DNA from: Tepidisphaerales bacterium
GTDB taxonomy: Bacteria; Planctomycetota; Phycisphaerae; Tepidisphaerales; Tepidisphaeraceae
Length of the DNA: 24,473 nt
Assembly (NCBI GenBank): GCA_038318605.1
Contig: JBBQCK010000001.1
Span: forward strand, 1 to 24,473
Reading direction: 5' to 3'
This document shows, piece by piece, positions 18,194-24,473 of the stretch. The translations under genes were made by a program, and so were the position numbers. The notes under the pieces are model-generated. The model was not told where the DNA came from. It saw only the letters and a list, made by a program, of their open reading frames with translations, and ran no database searches. Each line of letters starts with the position of its first letter. Position 1 is the stretch's first letter.

Positions 18194-18754
18194 ATGGCAC
18201 TGGACGACATACTTCTCGAATGCGAAGAGCACATGGAAAAGGCAGTCGAGCATCTGCGACATGAGCTGCGCGCCATCCGCACCGGCCGGGCGACGCCTGC
18301 GCTGGTGGAACATCTGCAGGTTGAATACTACGGCACGCCAACAGCGCTGAAGTCGATCGCTTCGATCAGCGTGCCCGAAGCAACACAACTGCTCATCAAG
18401 CCGTTCAGCCCCGGTGATATGAAGGCGATTGAGCGCGCCATCAGTGACAGCAAGATAGGCCTCACGCCGCACAGCGACGGCAAGCAGCTCAGGCTCATGC
18501 TCCCGCCGCTTTCGCAGGAGCGACGCATGCAATTGGTGGGACAGTGCAAGCAATTTGCGGAGGCGTCCAAAATCTCGATTCGCGCTGCCCGCCGCGACGC
18601 CAACAAGGCAATTGAGACCGATGTAAAGGCCAGCAACATGACTGAGGACGAAGAGGCTGGCGGCAAGGAGCAGGTTCAGGAATTGACCAAACAATATGAA
18701 TCGAAGTCAGATGAGATGATTGAAGCGAAGCGTAAAGAAGTGATGGACGTCTGA
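18194..18754 (+). CDS. frr: Ribosome recycling factor (186 aa)
   Basis: MEKAVEHLRHELRAIRTGRA, YYGTPT, AIERAI..S.IGLTP..DG..LRL.LPPLSQERR, RRDAN; SD GGAGA upstream of ATG 18194. Confidence 0.97.
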   Translation: MALDDILLECEEHMEKAVEHLRHELRAIRTGRATPALVEHLQVEYYGTPTALKSIASISVPEATQLLIKPFSPGDMKAIERAISDSKIGLTPHSDGKQLRLMLPPLSQERRMQLVGQCKQFAEASKISIRAARRDANKAIETDVKASNMTEDEEAGGKEQVQELTKQYESKSDEMIEAKRKEVMDV

Positions 18755-18806
18755 TTGCCGGTGGCCGACGGCCCATCCAACAGATTTGGCACACGGAGCT
18801 TCAGAA

Positions 18807-19283
18807 ATGCAGAAGGTCAAGCCGTTTTTATGGTTCGAATCGCAGGCTGAAGACGCGGCCAAACTTTACACATCGCTGATTCCCGATTCGCGCATCGACA
18901 AAATCTTTCGATCGCCGGCCGACACACCCAGCGGCAAGGCGGGCACGGTTCTGACCGTGCAGTTTACGCTCGGCGGAAATGAGTTCGTCGCCCTGAATGG
19001 CGGACCGGTTTTCCAGTTCACTGAGGCAGTTTCGTTCACGATTGACTGCGAAGACCAGGCAGAGGTGGATCGACTCTGGAATGCGTTATCCGATGGCGGC
19101 AGTCCGGGGCGGTGCGGCTGGCTGAAGGATCGGTGGGGCCTCTCGTGGCAAATTGTGCCCAAGCGAATGCACGAATTATTGGGCGACCCCGATCCCGCCC
19201 GCGCCCGCCGGGCCATGGAAGCGATGATGCAGATGGGCAGGCTGATAATCGCTGATCTGCAAGCCGCTGCCGACCGCGCATAG
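18807..19283 (+). CDS. VOC family protein (PhnB / 3-demethylubiquinone-9 3-methyltransferase-like, 158 aa)
   Basis: KPFLWF..QAEDAA..Y, FVALNGGP.FQFTEAVSF..CEDQAEVDRLWNAL, CGWLKDRWGLSWQIVP, AMEAMMQM; SD GGAG. Confidence 0.92.
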   Translation: MQKVKPFLWFESQAEDAAKLYTSLIPDSRIDKIFRSPADTPSGKAGTVLTVQFTLGGNEFVALNGGPVFQFTEAVSFTIDCEDQAEVDRLWNALSDGGSPGRCGWLKDRWGLSWQIVPKRMHELLGDPDPARARRAMEAMMQMGRLIIADLQAAADRA

Positions 19284-19387
19284 ATCGTTCGCAAACTCCT
19301 CCATATCAGTCACTTAAGGCAAATCGCCCCGTGCGGGCTAACCGCGCGCGGGGTGCATTGTCTATTCAGGCGTAAGAAGGAGAAACC

Positions 19388-20119
19388 ATGAAAAACAACA
19401 AGCGTACATTGGTTCACAAGGCGGTTCTGGCGGCAGCGGCTTTCGCGGGATTGGCTGCCATCGCCCCCGCGGCCAAGGCTGGCGTGGACATTCGCCTCGA
19501 GCAGCGTCCCGAGAGTCAGCGCGTCCTGGTCCCGGCCAGATACGAGACGCAGCAGCGCCAGGTTTGGGTTGCGGCAAGTTACCGCACCGTAAGCGATCGC
19601 GTGTGGATCGCCCCGGAGTTCCGGACCGTGACCGACCGTGTTTGGGTCGAGGCGGAAAATCGCCAGGTGACCGAGCGGGTCTGGGTCGAGCCCATGTACA
19701 AAACCATCTGCGAAAATGTCTGGGTCGAGGCGGTGTATGAAAACCGCGAAGTGGTTCGATGCGATCGGTTCGGCCGGCGGCAGGTGGTTTGCGAGCGCGT
19801 GCTCGTCAGCCCCGGCCACTGGGAACAGCGCGAACGCACCCGCGAAATTCGCGGCGGCCGATGGGAGAACGTCGTTCACACCGACTGTGTGACGCCGGCC
19901 CACTGGGAAAATCGCACGCGGCAGGTGCAGGCGTGCGAAGGACGCTGGGAAGTGCGCACCCGGCAGGAACTGGTCTCTGCCGGCCATTACGAATCAGTCA
20001 CCGAGCAGGCACTTTGCCAGCCCGCGCACTACGAAGAGCGATCGCGTCCGGGCAACTTTGAACTGGTCGTCCGCGACACCAACCATGACTATGCAGCGCA
20101 CATTGGGCTGAATCGCTGA
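19388..20119 (+). CDS. Secreted repeat protein (YXWGXW-like beta repeats, 243 aa)
   Basis: Signal peptide MKNNKR..LAAIAPAAKA; SD AAGGAG; six 13-aa VWVxxxYxTVxxR units followed by six 14-aa xxVxPGHWExRxRx units. Confidence 0.8.
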   Translation: MKNNKRTLVHKAVLAAAAFAGLAAIAPAAKAGVDIRLEQRPESQRVLVPARYETQQRQVWVAASYRTVSDRVWIAPEFRTVTDRVWVEAENRQVTERVWVEPMYKTICENVWVEAVYENREVVRCDRFGRRQVVCERVLVSPGHWEQRERTREIRGGRWENVVHTDCVTPAHWENRTRQVQACEGRWEVRTRQELVSAGHYESVTEQALCQPAHYEERSRPGNFELVVRDTNHDYAAHIGLNR

Positions 20120-20163
20120 TACGTGAAAGGTGGCCGGCAGCCGGCCAATGAAGAACATCAACC

Positions 20164-20193
20164 GCGGGCCCGTGCACAAGTTGCCGGGCCCGC
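20164..20193. repeat. GC-rich inverted repeat between convergent genes (possible terminator or stabiliser)
   Basis: GCGGGCCCG (20164-72) / CGGGCCCGC (20185-93), followed by GCCAGTTTT; a second palindrome TGGCCGGC-A-GCCGGCCA at 20131-20147. Confidence 0.55.
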
Positions 20194-20329
20194 GCCAGTT
20201 TTGCGGTTGTTGAATACCCGCTCGTGTCGGCCGGCGTCCGGTGTGACGCCATGCATGCGACAAAATAGCCTGCCCCCAATGAACCCCTGCGGCGCCTTTA
20301 AGGTGCGGCGCAATGGACTGCTTTGGGAA

Positions 20330-20644
20330 TCATTGTGCTAGCGACGGCGCTTCGGCGGGGAGCGTTGATGGATTGGTGGTTGCCTCGTCCGGCTGGCTGG
20401 TCGGTTCGGTGGAGGCTGGCTCGACTGCAGGCATCTCAGGAAGTGGGGCGGCCGAGGGTGGCGGCGGACGATAGTCTCCACGCATTTTCAACGAGTCGGA
20501 ATTGAATCGCTCCTGCAGCGGCACCGTGTAGACGACTTCAGGGCCGGTCTTTTTGGTTTGGATCCAGACAAACCCCAAGGCGCCAAGGGCGCAGGCACCC
20601 AGCAGCACATACAAGCCGGTAAGATTGGGTTCGTCGGTGTTCAT
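20330..20644 (-). CDS. Small single-TM protein with a Pro/Thr/Glu-rich tail (104 aa)
   Basis: ATG 20644 overlaps the upstream gene's TGA (ATGA); MNTDEPNLTGLYVLLGACALGALGFVWIQTKK has a hydrophobic helix followed by KK. Confidence 0.6.
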   Translation of the reverse strand: MNTDEPNLTGLYVLLGACALGALGFVWIQTKKTGPEVVYTVPLQERFNSDSLKMRGDYRPPPPSAAPLPEMPAVEPASTEPTSQPDEATTNPSTLPAEAPSLAQ

Positions 20645-21234
20645 ATATCCCGCGCGTGCGAAGCAGCGCCAACGACGACCGATGGCTTCTCCCACGGTAT
20701 ATCGGCCACCTCCGCCAGTCGATTGCAAAGCCGCGCCTGAACAAAGAGCCAGTCGCTTAGACGATTCAGGTACGTCAGGATCAGTTGGTCCACTGGCCGA
20801 TCTTCCGCGAACGCCACGATCAATCGCTCCGCGCGGCGGCAGATCGTGCGCGCCAGGTGTAGCCGTGCCGCCGACTCGACACCACCGGGAATAATGAATT
20901 GCCGCAGCGGCTCCAGCCGGCATTCGGCGGAATCAATCTGCATTTCCAGCCGCGACGCCATTGCCTCGTCCAACGGCGGAAGCTGTGCCGCATGGCGGCT
21001 CTGCGCCACGGTTGCCAGATGGGCGCCGAGCACGAACAGGTCATTCTGCACCGCACGGATCGGGTCGATCAGTTCCTCCGGCATACAGTTGGATGCCGCC
21101 AGGCCCAATGCCGCGTTCAGCTCATCAAGTGTGCCGTAGCAATCGAGGCGCGGATCACTCTTGCGGACGCGTGCGCCGCCGAAAAGTCCGGTCGATCCAT
21201 CATCTCCAGTTTTGGTGTAAATCTTCATCGCCAT
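20641..21234 (-). CDS. pduO: Cob(I)alamin adenosyltransferase, PduO type (~197 aa)
   Basis: MKIYTKTGDDGSTGL, YGTLDELNAALG, QNDLFVLGAHLA, FIIPGG, LHLARTICRRAER, YLNRLSDWLF. Start ATG 21234 or 21228. Confidence 0.93.
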   Translation of the reverse strand: MAMKIYTKTGDDGSTGLFGGARVRKSDPRLDCYGTLDELNAALGLAASNCMPEELIDPIRAVQNDLFVLGAHLATVAQSRHAAQLPPLDEAMASRLEMQIDSAECRLEPLRQFIIPGGVESAARLHLARTICRRAERLIVAFAEDRPVDQLILTYLNRLSDWLFVQARLCNRLAEVADIPWEKPSVVVGAASHARDI

Positions 21235-21396
21235 TGGATGATGGATTGTAATCACTGCCGAAGCAAGCGTCCGGGGATTTTGCCAATGGCTGATTTCCCG
21301 GGCATCAGGCGTTCGCCCAAAACACATTCCCTCCGCGGGCCGATTGTACAATGAGCGAGCGTTGCCGGAGTGGCCGGCATCTTTATCATCGGCGTC

Positions 21397-22266
21397 ATGC
21401 CAGCCACGATTATCGACGGCTCCGCGCTTGCGTCCAACATTCGCGCCGACGTTTCCGCCCGCATTGGCAAACTACGCGACGCGGGCCGGATTGTTCACCT
21501 TACGGCGATGCTGATCGGCGCATCGCCGGCCGGCGAATTGTTCGCACAGCGACAACAGCAAGCGTGTCGCGACGTCGGTATTGAGTATACGCTATTGAAG
21601 CTTCCGTCCGATTCAACATTTGACTTTGTGGCCGGCAAGATAGAATCATTGAACCACGACCCGGCAGTGACAGGTATCATGCTGCACCTGCCGGTTCCTC
21701 CGCATCTCGACGCTACGGAACTGCAATATCGGATCGATCCGGTGAAGGATGTCGAGGGCGTAAATCCCGCCAACATCGGCTATGTGGTGTACGGACACAC
21801 GCTCATCGCGCCGTTCACGGCGTTGGCGTGCATCGAACTGATTCGATCGACGGGATGCGACATCAAAGGGGCGGAGGCCGTGGTCGTCGGCGCCAGCCAG
21901 ATCGTTGGCCGGCCGATCGGCCTGCTTTTGACCGAGCAACTTGCAACCGTGACCACATGCCACATCGCGACCCGCGATCTGGCTTTTCACACTCGGCGGG
22001 CGGACATTCTTGTGGTGGCGGCCGGAAAGGCCGGCCTGATCGGCGCCAGCGATGTACGGGAAGGCGCCTGCGTAATCGACGTCGGCATCAATCGCCAGAT
22101 TATGCCGGACGGCGCAAAGCGCACCGTGGGCGATGTCGATTTTGATGCGGTGCGCGAAAAGGCAGGCTTTATCACGCCCGTTCCAGGGGGCGTCGGGCCG
22201 ATGACGGTTGCCATGCTGCTGCAAAACACGCTTCGGTCGGCCGAGCTGCTGTTTGCACGGCGATGA
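21397..22266 (+). CDS. folD: FolD-family methylenetetrahydrofolate dehydrogenase with substituted cyclohydrolase residues (289 aa)
   Basis: IIDG..LA, LN.DP.V.GIMLHLP, KDVEG, GASQIVGRP, ADILVVAAG, VIDVGINR, VGDVDF, ITPVPGGVGPMTVAMLLQNT. Confidence 0.92.
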   Translation: MPATIIDGSALASNIRADVSARIGKLRDAGRIVHLTAMLIGASPAGELFAQRQQQACRDVGIEYTLLKLPSDSTFDFVAGKIESLNHDPAVTGIMLHLPVPPHLDATELQYRIDPVKDVEGVNPANIGYVVYGHTLIAPFTALACIELIRSTGCDIKGAEAVVVGASQIVGRPIGLLLTEQLATVTTCHIATRDLAFHTRRADILVVAAGKAGLIGASDVREGACVIDVGINRQIMPDGAKRTVGDVDFDAVREKAGFITPVPGGVGPMTVAMLLQNTLRSAELLFARR

Positions 22267-22311
22267 TCGATCAGCGAGCGCGTGCGATCGGTGTCATGCC
22301 ATGCACACCCG

Positions 22312-23559
22312 CTATGCGGACGCTGCCGCGCGGCGCGGGGGTCGTTTTTTGCGCGGAACGAGCGCGGTCTCCAGATTGCGCATCGCCTGGCGCAGGCGCT
22401 GCTCATTTTCGACCAGCGCGATGCGAACAAAACCCTCTCCATTTTCGCCAAATGCCCGGCCCGGGGCGAGCGCTACCCTGGCTTCGTCGAGCATTCGCAG
22501 GGAAAAGTCGAGTGTGCTCTGACCCTTCAGATGCGCGTCGTTGATCCGCGCCCAGACAAACATGCTTGCCCGCGGGCGGTCGTAGGTCCAGCCGAGCTTG
22601 TCCAGTCCGCGGCACACCTCGTCGCGCCGGCGGGCATAGATCGCCGCCTGCTTTTCGGCGGCGTCGCCGCATTGGCGCATAGCGATGACGCTGGCGATCT
22701 GAATCGGCGCGAAGTGGCCGTAATCGTAATACCCCTTGATCGTCCCAAGCGCCTTGATCATCTCCGCATTGCCGCAGCAAAAGCCAACGCGCCAGCCGGC
22801 CATGTTGTACGTCTTGGACATCGTCGTGAACTCCACGCCGAGATCCTTTGCTCCCGCCGCCGACAGAAATGATGGCGCGCGATATCCATCGAAACAGACC
22901 TCGCCATAAGCGAAGTCGCTGACGATCATCACGCCGCGCCTGCGGCACATTGCAATGGCGCGATCCCAGAACGACACATCATCGACGGTCAGCGACGTCG
23001 GGTTGTGCGGGAAATTCAGGATCAACAGCTTGGGCGTTGGATAAAGTCCCTCGATCATGTGTTCGATGCGATCGAGAAACGCCTGATCGTTGCCGAGCGG
23101 CACACGGATGACATTTGCGCCGGCCATCGCGACGGCGTAGATGTGCGCGGGGAACGCCGGGTCGGGCACGATCGCCGTGTCGCCCGGGCCGAGCAGCGCC
23201 AGGCACATGTGGCTGAAGCCTTCCTTGGAGCCGATGGTCGCAATGACCTCGGTTTCAGGATTAAGTTCAACGCCATATTTCTTCTTGTATTTGCGGGCCG
23301 CTTCGTTGCGCAGGCCGGCGATACCGTTGTGAACGCTATAGCGATGGTTGCGTGGATCGAGCGCCGCCTGAGCGAGCTTGTCAACAACGACCTTTGGCGT
23401 GGGATCGGTCGGGTTGCCCATCCCCCGGTCGATGATATCGACTCCGGCGACGCGCTTGTCGTATTTCATCTTATTCAGCCGCGCAAACAGATAGGGCGGC
23501 AAACGCTGAATACGGGCCGACGGTTCAATGATAAAAGGCGGCGGATTTGAATTGCTCAT
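22312..23559 (-). CDS. PLP-dependent aminotransferase class I/II (AlaC / LL-DAP aminotransferase-like, 415 aa)
   Basis: RLPPYLFA, GMGNP, TIGSKEG, P.PAFPAH, NFPHNPT, SDFAY, TMSKTYNMAGWRVG (PLP Lys), PGRAFG..GEGFVRIALV. Confidence 0.93.
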   Translation of the reverse strand: MSNSNPPPFIIEPSARIQRLPPYLFARLNKMKYDKRVAGVDIIDRGMGNPTDPTPKVVVDKLAQAALDPRNHRYSVHNGIAGLRNEAARKYKKKYGVELNPETEVIATIGSKEGFSHMCLALLGPGDTAIVPDPAFPAHIYAVAMAGANVIRVPLGNDQAFLDRIEHMIEGLYPTPKLLILNFPHNPTSLTVDDVSFWDRAIAMCRRRGVMIVSDFAYGEVCFDGYRAPSFLSAAGAKDLGVEFTTMSKTYNMAGWRVGFCCGNAEMIKALGTIKGYYDYGHFAPIQIASVIAMRQCGDAAEKQAAIYARRRDEVCRGLDKLGWTYDRPRASMFVWARINDAHLKGQSTLDFSLRMLDEARVALAPGRAFGENGEGFVRIALVENEQRLRQAMRNLETALVPRKKRPPRRAAASA

Positions 23560-23637
23560 GGATGCGCTCCAGGCGCAGAAAATAACAGAACGGCACGAGG
23601 TGCGTTAATTCGACTCTGCGGGGAATTCGGCCTGGAC

Positions 23638-24473
23638 TCAATTTTTGAGTCCAGGCTCCGTAGCCGGCGGCCGTTCGGTCATGTCGTTGACGGCGCCCTC
23701 GCCGCGGGTCGATGGGCTTTGCTGCGTAGACGGCGCGGTGGAAGGTGGAGCGGTATCGCGGCGGCGCTGCTGCTCGGCCTTTGTGCGGAAATCCTCATCG
23801 CCGCGCACGCGTGACTCCGCCTTCTCGCGAAGCTTGATGTAAGCCTCACGCAGCATCGGATCATTGATCGTCAGCGTCTGCGACGCGGCATTTCGGTATC
23901 GGCCGCGAAGCGTGTTCATCATGCCGGCCATCATCTGGCCAGTCACCCATTTTCGCACGGAGACCTGTGTTTCAGGATCTTCCCATTTGACAGCCTTTGG
24001 CGGCACCTTTGCCTCAAGCTTGATGAGATGCAGGCTTTCGCCCGATTGTACCGGTGGCGAGACCTGCCCCGGCTCCGCAAGCGCAAACGCGGCGTCCTTA
24101 AACGCCTGGGAAGGGTTCGGCGAACTGCGGCTGAAAGGACGCAATTCGCCACCCAACGGTCCGCTGATGGCATCGTGGCTCATCGTCCGCGCCACATCGG
24201 AAAATGATTCGCCCGCCTGCAGGCGCCGTTGTGCCTCACCGACTTCCTGAAGGTTGGAAAGCTGAATGTGCCTCACAATGACGGTTTCGCCGTACATGAT
24301 GTTGAACGCATTTTTCAGCGTCTCCTCTGTAACGGCGCGATCGAGTTGCGGCTGGACGATCTTACGCAGGTAAGCGTTCGTGCGCAGGATCAAATCAAAA
24401 ACCGGCCGGCTCACGTGCATATTTGCAATGAGCTGCGGCAGAACTGTCTGTGGATCGAGATCGCTGTCCTGGT
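23638..24473 (-). CDS. Parvulin-type peptidyl-prolyl isomerase (PrsA/SurA-like), 5'-partial
   Basis: VRHIQL..L.AGESFSDVART.SHD..GGEL..F..AFKDAAFAL..GQVSPPVQS..LHLIKL; the frame stays open from ATG 24420 to the window end. Confidence 0.88.
   Translation of the reverse strand, partial: QDSDLDPQTVLPQLIANMHVSRPVFDLILRTNAYLRKIVQPQLDRAVTEETLKNAFNIMYGETVIVRHIQLSNLQEVGEAQRRLQAGESFSDVARTMSHDAISGPLGGELRPFSRSSPNPSQAFKDAAFALAEPGQVSPPVQSGESLHLIKLEAKVPPKAVKWEDPETQVSVRKWVTGQMMAGMMNTLRGRYRNAASQTLTINDPMLREAYIKLREKAESRVRGDEDFRTKAEQQRRRDTAPPSTAPSTQQSPSTRGEGAVNDMTERPPATEPGLKN

Noticed and set aside
23425-23427. DRGMGNP instead of the usual D(L/F)GMGNP in the aminotransferase
   Set aside because: Single-base difference (CGG vs CTG) away from the PLP lysine; cannot distinguish a variant from a sequencing error.

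Overview
High-GC window, most likely from a planctomycete (Phycisphaerae/Tepidisphaerales-like; inferred from RpoD, kinase and vWA gene styles, not from a database search). The backbone is mostly housekeeping: partial rpoD, a membrane Ser/Thr kinase, ftsY, recA, a vWA membrane protein, frr, a VOC protein, a repeat-rich secreted protein, a PduO-type adenosyltransferase, folD, a class I/II aminotransferase and a partial parvulin PPIase. A defence-like hotspot is centred on tRNA-His(GTG). On one side is a 1644-aa DUF4011-SF1 helicase-Vsr-like (Hhe-type) gene. On the other is a lower-GC, tightly coupled three-gene operon (sensor-less Ser/Thr kinase, 401-aa protein of no family I can assign, wHTH-inserted PD-(D/E)xK nuclease) between two 5'-truncated gene remnants (DUF2130-like, DUF2726-like). 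The strongest candidates for undescribed biology are: (1) that kinase operon; (2) a ~120-nt minus-strand sRNA between recA and the vWA gene, with its own promoter, a U6 terminator and four ANGGA motifs, i.e. CsrB/RsmZ-like; (3) a highly structured ~325-nt leader upstream of recA; (4) a FolD lacking the cyclohydrolase residues; (5) in-phase heptamer tracts next to promoters and terminators. All family calls come from motif recognition only; no searches were run.
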